DNA of 64,000 bases from Octopus sinensis (taxonomy: Eukaryota). Positions within the stretch are counted from its first letter, which is position 1. Each line of letters opens with the position of its first letter. Location of the stretch: positions 1 to 64,000 of the forward strand of contig NW_021834674.1 in assembly GCF_006345805.1 (NCBI RefSeq). The letters run 5' to 3'. Shown here in pieces: positions 10,707 through 21,129 of this stretch. The notes beneath the pieces are model-generated. The model saw nothing but the letters and a program-made list of their open reading frames with translations, was not told the origin of the DNA and made no database searches. A program made the position numbers and the translations under genes.

Positions 10707-13700
10707 GGACCCGACGCACAAACAGAAACGGGGCCTCAAGCCAACACACAAACCTGAATAACAATAAAAATAGAAGCACACCATGCTGCAGTAATGCTGG
10801 TCCAGTCTTTTCAGGAAGACACAGAAACAACAACAACAAAAGTGGAAACTACAACCCTATCCAACAGTGCAACCACACCTCCAGCCAAAAACTGCTCGCT
10901 AAGCAGGAAAATTCTTTTTTAGCCATGTTGAACATGGCAAAAGAGATACACAAAAACATTCTAGCCATCACTCAACACCATCCTATGCTATTACCCCAGT
11001 GCACCAATTCCCCACATTGCTGCCACTAACACACACAAAAAATCCAAGCCCCCTGCAACAGTCAAAACCAGCCACTACACTAACCTCCACATTCCTACTC
11101 AATGCACAAGGTGTCAGCCCTTCCATCAATAACAAAAATGGAAGGTCCAATTCATTGAAGACTGGGTTGGTAACCATTCACACCACATCCCTTTCTTCAT
11201 TCTCACTGAGACCCACCTTGACAACTCCCACTTGGAAGCCGAAGTGAGAGTGAAGAATTTCACAACCATCCGCGCGGATCGTATCGGCAGGAGGAAGGGT
11301 GGAACTGCCATTTTCCTGCATGATTCATTTACGGCAGATGGAAATAGTATATTCTCCAACGGCTACTGTGAATCAGTCACCGTGCACAACAAAGCCAATG
11401 ACCTGACAGTAATTGGGCTCTATAGGCCGCCCCCAAACACCCATACTGTGCTTTAAAGAATGCCTCAACAGCATTAAGTGCTTTATCAACAGTGCCATTC
11501 TAGCAACATACTCATGATGGGAGACTTCAATCTACCCTGTGTTGACTGGACTACAAACTGTTTGAAACCAAGCACTCCCGCCTCAACCGCTGACAAAGAA
11601 GCAGCAAAGTCACTTTTCGACTTTACGAATGAGTTTTTCTTGTCCCAACTTGTCCTTGCACCAACAAGACATCAGAACATTTTGGACCTAGTGTTTAGTA
11701 ACCACACTAACACTATATAACGTTACAGTGGAAAAAACCCTTCTTTCAGACCATGACATGGTTCTCTGTAACATGAAATTCCACCAGCCGAAAGCTAATC
11801 CTAGTGACCTTCCTCCAGCCCACCCATTTGACAACATGGATCTCCATAAAGCCAACTGGGATGCAATCAGGAACGAGCTATCAAATGTTGACTGGTCCTT
11901 TACATACATACACATCTCCACCAACCATAAAACATCTTGGCAGATCTTTGTAGACACCGTCACAGACATATGTGCAAAACACTCCCCACCAAGACCTGTG
12001 AACAAAAAGTGCAGAATCCCCCAAAACAGAAAAACCATTATCAGAAAAATAAAAAGAACAAACAAAAAAATTAACAAACTAAAGTACTGCCAACAGCAAC
12101 ACACACATTCGACGGCTATCGCACTGCTTGAATCCAAAAAATATAACCTCCAACAATGCATGAAGACCCTCATCAATAACCAAAGATCAGCTGAGGAGAA
12201 GTGGGCCATTGAAAAAATCAAACTCAACCCCAAAATGTTCTTTTCATTTGCGAGGAAACGCGCAGGGTCACTGTCTCCACTGTAGGCCCTCTAATTGACG
12301 AAACTGGCACTCTCCAAGATAATGCCAAATCCATGGCCGAGATACTGCAGAAACAATACTGCTCTGTTTTCAGCAATCCTGATATGGCCGATCTGGGCTG
12401 TATCAGTGATGTCAACCCCCAACACACTATATCGGACATAACGTTTAGTGCCCCTGATGTCTTAGCGGCGATAAACGAAATAAAACACAATTCAGCAGTA
12501 GGCCCCGATAGGTTCCCTGCTTGTGTCCTGAAGGTGTGTCGACACCAACTTGCATCTCCCCTTGCTAATCTGTGGAGAAACTCACTGGATGCTGGCTATA
12601 TTCCAAAAAACCTTCTGTCCCAGTCTGTTGTCCCAGTTTTCAAAAAGGGAAACAAGTCCCTTGCAGTGAATTACCGTCCGATCTCACTCACCTCTCATAT
12701 CATCAAGGTATTTGAGAGGGTGGTGAGATCTCGAATAACCCAATTTCTGGAAAGCAACAGACGGCTGATCTCCAACCAACATGGTTTCCGTAATGGAAGG
12801 GACTGCCTAACGCAGCTCCTGCATCACTTTGAGGACATTTTGAGAGCTTTGGGAGAGGGCTCCAACACCGATGTCATCTACCTTGATTTCAGTAAGGCCT
12901 TCGACAGGGTCGATCACAAGATCCTATTGAAAAAAATAAACATTGGTGTCTCTGGAAAAGTTACTGAAATGGATTAAGTGTTTCCTGACAGACAGATCTC
13001 AACATGTTGTAGTTGAAGGGGTAAAATCAAGCCCAGCCAAAGTCAGTAGTGGCGTTCCGCAAGGCACTGTGCTGGGCCCACTTCTTTTCATCATTTACAT
13101 TAATGACATTAATGACATCATCAAGCACAGCAACATAAAAATCTTTGCAGATGACTCCAAGCTACAGAAGGTCATAAATGAGGCGAGTGACCGGACATGC
13201 CTTCAGTCAGATCTACTGGCTGTTATCCAATGGGCAGAAAAAAAACATATGCTGCTGAACGAGGATAAATTTGAGCTAATCCACTTTGGAAAAGAGGATG
13301 CCCTGAAACTCCCATACTCCCTTCCTTCAGGTGAAACTCTCGCGGCGTCCAACAACATCAGAGACTTGGGAGTAATTGTGGACAACAACGTAAGCTGGGC
13401 CACTCATATAAACACCAAAGTTGACATGGCCCGCAGAATGTGTTCCTGGATTCTCAGAACTTTCCAGTCGAGAGATATCCACACCATTATCCTTCTCTTC
13501 TCCACTTTTGCCCGACCCCACCTTGAATACTGTTGTCCACTGTGGTCTCCCCACACAATACAAAGTATCATAAAAGTTGAAGCACCTCAAAGGGCAATCA
13601 CAAAAAAGATAGATGGCATGACAGGCCTCGACTATTGGGGTCGACTAGAAAAGCTAAAACTCTATTCTCTCCAACGTCGTCGTGAGCGCTACATCATCTG

Positions 13701-14120
13701 CATGATGTGGAAAATATTCCATCAGCATTGCCCAAATGATGTTGGCATCACCTTTAAGGTACATCCAAGGCTTGGGCCCCGTGCCATCCGCCCAAAACAA
13801 AAATCGCACTCTCATCTCATAACAACAATACGGCACAATATTTCACCTCAATTGGCCCCGCTCTCTTTAACATTACACCAAAACACATTAAAACAGAAAC
13901 TGACCCTATAGGGTTCAAGAAGTCTTTGGACAGATTCCTTCAAGAAATCCCGGATAAACCCCCTACACCCGGATATGTCTCTGTAAACAATAACTCTCTA
14001 CTTGAGTGGGCCATAGTGCCCAAATTCTGACTTGAAAGACTTCACCAGGTGGTGCTATTAAGTTAGACATGGCCTGGGCCAATAATGGCCGAAACCTATC
14101 AAAGTATCAAAGTATCAAAG
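10707..14120 (+). mobile_element. 5'-truncated CR1-group LINE (end of ORF1, APE + RT ORF2, 3' UTR with tandem tail)
   Basis: APE and RT motifs. The 3' end has a ggcc..ggcc hairpin (14071-14090) and a (TATCAAAG)x3 tail (14097-14120). Both sides are flanked by (TA)n. Confidence 0.9.
11074..13911 (+). pseudogene. LINE ORF2 (apurinic endonuclease + reverse transcriptase), split by single-base frameshifts
   Basis: FLLNAQG, RADR..RKGGTAIF, MGDFNLPCVDW, LDLVFSN, SDHDMV; AVGPDRFPA, NYRPISLTS, QHGFRNGR, YLDFSKAFDRVDH, SGVPQGTVLGPLLF, IFADDSKL, IRDLGV, RPHLEYCCPLWSP, LYSLQRRRER. Confidence 0.9.
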
Positions 14121-14129
14121 TATATAAAT

Positions 14130-14160
<31 letters not shown>

Positions 14161-14239
14161 CCATACATATATACACACACACAGATATATCACAATTTGT
14201 AAAATAGTACTTAGATTAGTTCAAGTTAATTTCAGTTCC

Positions 14240-14487
14240 GCGGATGCAAACAGTCTCATACAGTTACGCATACACACACACACACATACACACACAAAAC
14301 CCTCTTACTTTTCTTTCTCCCGCCCTCTCTCTCTCTCTCTATTACTTTCTTTCCCCTCTCTCATTTACACTCTTCCACTATCAACGCTCATCTTTGACTG
14401 CTGACGCAAACTTTTCATATCGCATTCATATAATGAGAAATAAAGACGTCAATCTATATCTACACACACACGCACATACAAACACGC

Positions 14488-14565
<78 letters not shown>

Positions 14566-14766
14566 GCATAATTGTGTGCGGTGTGTTCCTATACTTCATG
14601 AATGGTAAATAAACAAATGACGCAAAATATATATTAATGTAGGAGTTTATATTTTTATATATGTGCGTGTATGTGTGTGTGTTTGCATTTATGTATGTAA
14701 GAGCTTGTATGTATATATTATGTATTTGTAAATGCACGTTGGGATATTTCAGATTTATTGCATATG

Positions 14767-14804
<38 letters not shown>

Positions 14805-14985
14805 CATATATGCATTCATAGACACACATACACACATACACACACACATATATAAGTTATTTGGAATGTGTTCACTTGTCGAATGTCAGGTTGACTTTTG
14901 TTTCACATTACAACTTGTTACGTCATTTGTTTATTTGCCATACATTTTTCATTGAAGTAGCGGAACACAACGCACACAATTATGC

Positions 14986-15048
<63 letters not shown>

Positions 15049-15272
15049 TGTGTGTGTGTAGATATAGATTGGCGTCTTTGTTTCTCATTATATGAAAGCG
15101 ATATGAAAAGTTTGCGTCAGCAGTCAAAGATGGGCGGTGCTAGTGGAAGAGTGTAAATGAGAGAGGGGAAAGAAAGTGATAGAAAGAGAGAGGGGAGGAG
15201 AAAGAAGAAGAAGAGGGTTTTGTGTGTTTGTATGTGTGTGTGTATGCGTAAATGTATGAGACTGTTTGCATA
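14240..15272. repeat. Foldback: inverted arms ~14240-14625 and ~14920-15272 around a ~300 bp spacer
   Basis: tctttgactgctgacgcaaacttttcatatcgc (~14390) versus gcgatatgaaaagtttgcgtcagcagtcaaaga (~15098). The microsatellite-containing flanks are also mirrored. Confidence 0.85.
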
Positions 15273-15675
15273 TGTTTATATATGTGCGTGCATGTGTGTT
15301 TCTATGTAGATTTGCGTCTTTTGTGCCATTTCATGGAAGGCATCAGCAAGGCAATCATTTTTTATCATGGTTGAAAGTTTTTGGTAAATTTCTTCTAATA
15401 TTTCAGATTTCAGTGATACGGCACACACACACACACACACATATGTGCATAAATGTATGATATCTATATATACATATACATATATATGTATATAGATATA
15501 TTCATATACATGAATATATACGTATATATAATTCTGATAATTGTGTGTGCGTGTTTATATATATATATATACATACATATACACACACACAGATATCACA
15601 ATTTGTAAAATAGTACTTAGATTATTTCAGATTTCAGGGATGCGGCACACACACACACATAAATGTGCATGAATG

Positions 15676-15748
<73 letters not shown>

Positions 15749-16790
15749 GGGCGTGCACTATCAGGTATGCAAGGTATGCGTTGCATGCCCTGTGATTTTC
15801 CATATGATCGGAAAATTAGATAAAATAGTTACTTTGTTTCAAAGAAAATCCGTCCAGTTGTATTTTTCTCCCCTTCTCTCTCAGTGACTCTTTTTCTGCT
15901 TTTAGAAGTCATGCATTGACAAGACCAGCATGTTAGACACTCCCTCTCTGTCTCAGTTTGTTCTTCCTTCCTCTCTCTCTCACTCTTAGCGACTTGTTTA
16001 AAAGACATGCTAAGGGGATAGGGCATTTGAAATATTTTTACTCCCTTCCTCTTTCTCTTAGTGGCTATGCTGTGAGAAGATCCGCATGACCTCCCTCTCT
16101 GTTTCTTAGTTTGTCCCTCCTTCCTCTCTCTCTCTCTTAGTAAATTGATAAAGCAGATGCTAGGAGGAAAGGTCGTTCATAATATCTTGTACCCCCTTCC
16201 TCTTTCTCTCAGTGGCATGTCATGCTATGAGCTGACCGCATGATACCCACTTTCTGTATCTTTTTGTTTTGTTGAAATTGACTTACAATTTACGCCGGCG
16301 CTTCCACGTGTGTTCGTATATAAGAACAGCCTTTTACGAAATGAGTGAAATGTGCGTTATAAACGATATTTTGAGAAATAGTTTTTCGAAAGGAGAATTC
16401 GATTGAAAATAATTAATTATATCGGTGGGAGACCAACACCGAAAAGGGCTAATGCATTAGATAACATTGTTAAAAAAAAAGATTTCCGAAGGCAACAGCC
16501 TCACGGCTTATTATTACCACAAAGGAAAATTATCATTTCATAATCAGCCTTTTTGAGCACATCATTGAAACTCCTGAAGCATGGGATGATACCACCATAA
16601 ATTCAGCAATTGGATCCTTCCAAACTTTAAAAGCTCCTGATTTCTTATTTTTGTTAGAAGTATTCAGTAAGATTTTTTCTTTTTTCATATTTAACATCCT
16701 CCAGAGTAAAAGTCATGACATAGTGTATTGTAAATATCAAATAGATAAAACTAGAACTGTACTCGAAAACAAACTTGATAATTTTTCAAT

Positions 16791-17111
16791 CTCTTTTACT
16801 TGTTTCAGTCATTTGAATGCGGCCATGGTCGAGCACCGCCTTTAGTCGAGCAACTCGACCCCGGGACTTATTCTATCGGTCTATTTTGCCGAACCGCTAA
16901 GTAACGGGGACATAAACACACCAGCATCGGTTGCCAAGCAATGCTAGGGGGACAAACACAGACGCACAAACACACACACGCATATATATACATATATACC
17001 ACGGGCTTCTTTCAGTTTCCGTCTACCAAATCCACTCACAAGGCTTTGGTCGGCCCGACACTATAGTAGAAGACCCTTGCCCAAGGTGCCACGCAGTGGA
17101 ACTGAACCCGG
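16791..17111 (-). mobile_element. tRNA-derived SINE (family A), nested in the hAT element
   Basis: Reverse complement of the gggttcagttccactgcgtggcaccttgggcaag..ctactatag..gccgaccaaagccttgtgagtggatttggtagacggaaactgaaagaagcc head/body and gctcgactaaaggcggtgctc..gactgaaacaagtaaaaga tail, also seen at 22.3, 28.3-29.6 and 35-45 kb. Confidence 0.75.
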
Positions 17112-17328
17112 GGGGGGGGGTATGGAGTCGATGCAGGAATCGGAATTCAGAGATCCAAGAATATATCTTTTGAGCCCCAACGACATTATAAAATGCTTTA
17201 TAACAAAATTATCAGTACAATAGTTGACCAAATAAAAGCACGATATTCATCCTTAGAAGAGTTTAAATTCATGGAACTTTCGAATTTCAACAAATTTGAT
17301 GAGTATTGCAAACAATTTAAAAATCATA

Positions 17329-17580
17329 GGTACTATTTAAGAAGAGTGGTCTCGGTGCGCGCACCCGAGCATCCACGCCAGCTAGTCGTGACTAGTCGAT
17401 CCTTACTTTGTGTTTTATTTACTTTGTTTAAAACATTATTTACTTTGTGTTTTTGTGTTTTATATATTTTGTTTAAAAATTTTATTTAGTTTGCTAGATA
17501 GTCGTAGGATCGACTAGTCACGACTAGCCAGCGCGGATGCGCGAGCGCGCGCAACGGGACCACTTTTCTTAAATAGTACC
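17329..17580. mobile_element. MITE with ~75-bp terminal inverted repeats, nested in the hAT element
   Basis: ggtactatttaagaagagtggtc...gctagtcgtgactagtcgatcct (17329-17403) is near-complementary to 17506-17580. No clean TSD was seen. Confidence 0.8.
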
Positions 17581-17742
17581 AAGGCGACGTTTTTTTTTAT
17601 TCTAGGTCATACGGGGTTGATTGCATATTCAGAATCTCCCATATGTAAATCGTAGGAATTCCAAAGTTTTTTCCTGAAAAATTGTCGGGGGGGGGGCAAA
17701 GAAATTCATTGCATGTCCAGTCCCGGAAGTCACCGCACGCCA

Positions 17743-17799
<57 letters not shown>

Positions 17800-17858
17800 T
17801 TAGATATATACATATACATGAATATATACGTATATATTATTCTGATAACTGTGTGCGT

Positions 17859-17916
<58 letters not shown>

Positions 17917-18635
17917 CATACATACATATACACACACATACAGAGATATCACAATTTGTAAAATTGTACTTAGATTATTTCAAGTTAATTTCAGTTTCGC
18001 GGATGCAAACAGTCTCATACATTTACGCATACACACACACAAACACACACAAAACCCACTACATCTTCTTTCTCCCGCCCTCCCTCTCTCTTTCTATCAC
18101 TTTCTTTCCCCTTTCTCATTTACACTCTTCCACTAGCACCGCCCATCTTTGACTGCTGACGCAAACTTTTCATATCGCTTTCATATAATGAGAAACAAAG
18201 ACGCCAATCTATATCTACACACACAAACACACACACAAACAGACATATATATATATATATGCATAATTGTGTGCGTTGTGTTCCGCTACTTCAATGAAAA
18301 AATGTATGGTAAATAAACAAATGACGTAACATATATATATATATATGCGCAAATATATATATAAACATTCACTAACTCTTACGAACAGAGGTGAAACCAT
18401 TTCTTTGGTAAGTTACGATTTTCATTATATTATATCGGCCTTCTATTGGCCATCGTCAAGCCTCCTCAACGGCATTTAGGATGGTAGCATAATTTCGGGC
18501 AAATATTAAGGTTTTATCCAAAAGTATTTGTGATATTGACGGGTAATCATTTGATACTGTTTTATAATTTAGAGTTGAGGAATTATGTATGATATTTGAA
18601 TTGGACGGGTAGATGTCTACACTTTATTGTTAATA

Positions 18636-18690
18636 GGACATCTGAAGAAGGCTGGAGAATTCCTCAGCCGAAACGTTGTAGTAACAACTA
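18636..18690 (+). ncRNA. Hammerhead-like motif (degenerate stem I)
   Basis: CTGAAGA-a-ggctg(gagaattcct)cagcc-GAAACGTT with palindromic AACGTT. Stem I pairing is poor in this copy. Confidence 0.45.
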
Positions 18691-18731
18691 ACAAGATGAG
18701 GACACCTGTCCGTCGATTGTAATTATTCTTA

Positions 18732-18934
18732 TCTACTCTAGTCACAAAGCCCGAAATTTTGGGGTAGAGCCCAATTGATTAGATCGACCCCACTATGCAA
18801 CGGGTACTTACTGTTTCAAACCCGAAAGGATGAAAGGTAAAGTCGAAATCGGCGAAATTTTGAACTCATAACGTAAAAACAGAACGCTAAGCATTTTGCC
18901 CTGCGTGCAAACGTTTCTGCCAACTCGGCGCCTT
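18732..18934 (-). mobile_element. tRNA-derived SINE (family B)
   Basis: The minus strand reads ggcgccgagttggcagaaacgtttgcacgc..gagttcaaaatttcgccga..gactttacctttcatcctttcggg. Related copies are at 27.0-27.9, 28.05, 53.2 and 54.1 kb. Confidence 0.7.
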
Positions 18935-19825
18935 GTCAATTGTAAATATTGCAATAATTTGACATGTCAAACTGAAGGAAATTCGTGCGTCTATGGTGGA
19001 AAGAGGGAAACCAAAAATAACATCTCAAGTGCAATTCCATAGCGGGAGCTCAACGTTATTCCTGACACGGTGTATAATACGGTCAACAATGCATTAACTA
19101 ATTCGACCCAAGTCGGATTTTCTGGGGCAAATGAGTCGGATGGAAAGCCTAGAATAGAAGATATAACCTCCCTCTCATACCCTTATCTGATATCGAACCG
19201 CTTAAGTCCATCCTTTTTTCACTAATTTAACTTGGACATAAACTAATCCACTTTCTACCACTCTCACCTTTAATACCATCAGTGGTCTTATGATCTTGAA
19301 ATCTATTTTCTCCATCCTGCAACTATTCTCTGTCTAAACATCCCTAACTCCCCTTCCTAATAAATATAGCCCTCTATGAAATCAATCAGTCTTTACCCTC
19401 TGTCATGTCAACATTTTAAATGCGAAATTTTTAATATAAAATTCTTCCCCTGGAGAGGTGATGTTATCAAACAATGGACCCTGATATATGTCATATATCA
19501 GGACCACAAAGATCCCTAAAACGGCCGTAGAACACTTAAAACTCTACCTATTCTCTTTGTGATACTGTTTTATCTGAAAATTAGACTATGTCTTCTTAAT
19601 ATCCATACACATTTACCTTTTTGTTTTCGATTCAATGTATCTTCATATATGTAAATGTAAATAAATATCTAATTTGCTTGTCGTTTCTTTACATATCTAA
19701 AGTCTCAAGTTCTAATCTCTTCAGCACTTCGAAGTGTTTCTATATATAGTGAACACCTTTATTTAAAGTAGAAAATAATATATATGAATATGTATGTATA
19801 TATATAAACACATATACATACGCAC

Positions 19826-19867
<42 letters not shown>

Positions 19868-19880
19868 ATATTTATATTAA

Positions 19881-20207
19881 GGGCATTACTATATAGAAAT
19901 GCCTCGCGCTAAGGGGGACTCTTGAAGTCAACACTACTATAATAACCACATTGTATCAAACGCAAGAATACATGTGTTCGTCTGGTAAATTGATTTTTGA
20001 TAATTTTTATATGTCTTGACTAAGGTTGCGCCGATGAGTGAAAAGTGCATTTTCTGCACTAATTACGAAATCATATTCAGCTAAGTCTGTTTCTGGAGGC
20101 TCGCTTTGAGAGTTGCATTCCCTCGCGGTTTGTACAATATGGGCATTATAGTAGTTTTGACTTCAAGAGACCCTCCTAGCGTGAGGCATTTATGTATAGT
20201 AATGCCC
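19881..20207. mobile_element. MITE with ~85-bp TIRs and a TTAA target duplication (Kolobok-like GG..CC termini)
   Basis: ttaa|gggcattactatatagaaatgcctcgcgct...agcgtgaggcatttatgtatagtaatgccc|ttaa. Confidence 0.8.
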
Positions 20208-20368
20208 TTAATATATATAAATATATTCATAGGGAATAATTAATAAGTTATCCCTTCTGAGGTTTTTCACAATAACTACTTAATAAATCCTCGTAAAAAT
20301 TTTATCCTATATTTCAATTATATATATTTATTAGTAGCCCCAAACTTACTTTGTTATATATTAAAAAG

Positions 20369-20688
20369 ACTCCGCCGGTTACGACGACGAGGGTCCCAGC
20401 TGATACGATCAACGGAACAGCTTGCTCGTGAAATTAACGTGCAAATGGCTGAGCATTCCACAGACACGTGTACCCTTAACGTAGTTCTCGGGGATAATCA
20501 GCGTGACACAGAGAGTGACAAGGCTGACACTTTGAAATACAAGTACAACTCATTTTTGCCAGCTGAGTGGACTGGAGCAACGTGAAATAAAGTGTCTTGC
20601 TCAAGGACACAACGCGTCGCCGGGAATCGAACTCACAACCTTACGATCATGAGCCGAATGCCCTAACCACTAAGCCACGCGCCCTCAC
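20369..20688 (-). mobile_element. tRNA-derived SINE (family C)
   Basis: Minus-strand head gtgagggcgcgTGGCTTAGTGGttagggc..gaGTTCGATTCCcgg (A and B boxes), followed by a CORE-like gtgtccttgagcaagacact. Confidence 0.8.
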
Positions 20689-21129
20689 TTTGTTATATAT
20701 ATACACACACACACACACTTATGTATATATATATATTTTTTTTTTTTTACATATATGTATATATCTATGTATATGTGAGCGTGTGTATGTATATGTGTAT
20801 GTGTTTCAGTTTATCCACTATGACCGCTTGGGAACAGGTTCCGATTTTTTACGTCCCAGTAATTTGGCCGATCGGTATCTTGTTAAGTTCCTTACAACCA
20901 CTTGAAACTTTTCAAATTTTTACCACATCATTTTCAAAGTATTTACTTCTGATGCAGAATTGCCTGCCGCTGGCGATAATTGCATTCATGTTTTTCTTTT
21001 TTCTGGTAATTAATAATGAAGATATCAAAAGTATAATGTTTTAGCCTAAAGACACATGGAGAGTAAACCACGTAGAATATCCCTTTCATTCTTCTGCTAG
21101 TAGCAGAATAATTCAGGCCTAGATGCCAT

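Larger units (their letters stand above)
15746..17745 (+). mobile_element. Internally deleted hAT transposon (Tip100/ZMYM1-like), 2.0 kb
   Basis: TIR CAGGGGCGTGC (15746) / GCACGCCACTG (17745), inserted in (TA)n. Transposase remnants: SLFEHIIETPEAWDDTTINSAIGSFQTLKAPDFLFLLEVFSKIF..NILQSKSHDIVYC and IISTIVDQIKARYSSLEEFKF. Confidence 0.8.
15401..18350 (+). repeat. Small (TA)n-containing host repeat, copies at ~10560-10706+14121-14625, 15401-15745 and 17746-18350
   Basis: The sequence catgaatatatacgtatata..ttctgataa..gtgt..ttt(TA)n..cagatatcacaatttgtaaaa..gtacttagatta is shared by all copies. Confidence 0.8.

Noticed and set aside
19140-19430. Possible RTE-type LINE endonuclease fragment on the minus strand
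   Set aside because: Only vague similarity; no diagnostic motif is intact.
20369-20688. Functional tRNA gene
   Set aside because: A and B boxes are present, but they continue into a SINE body with no acceptor-stem closure or terminator.
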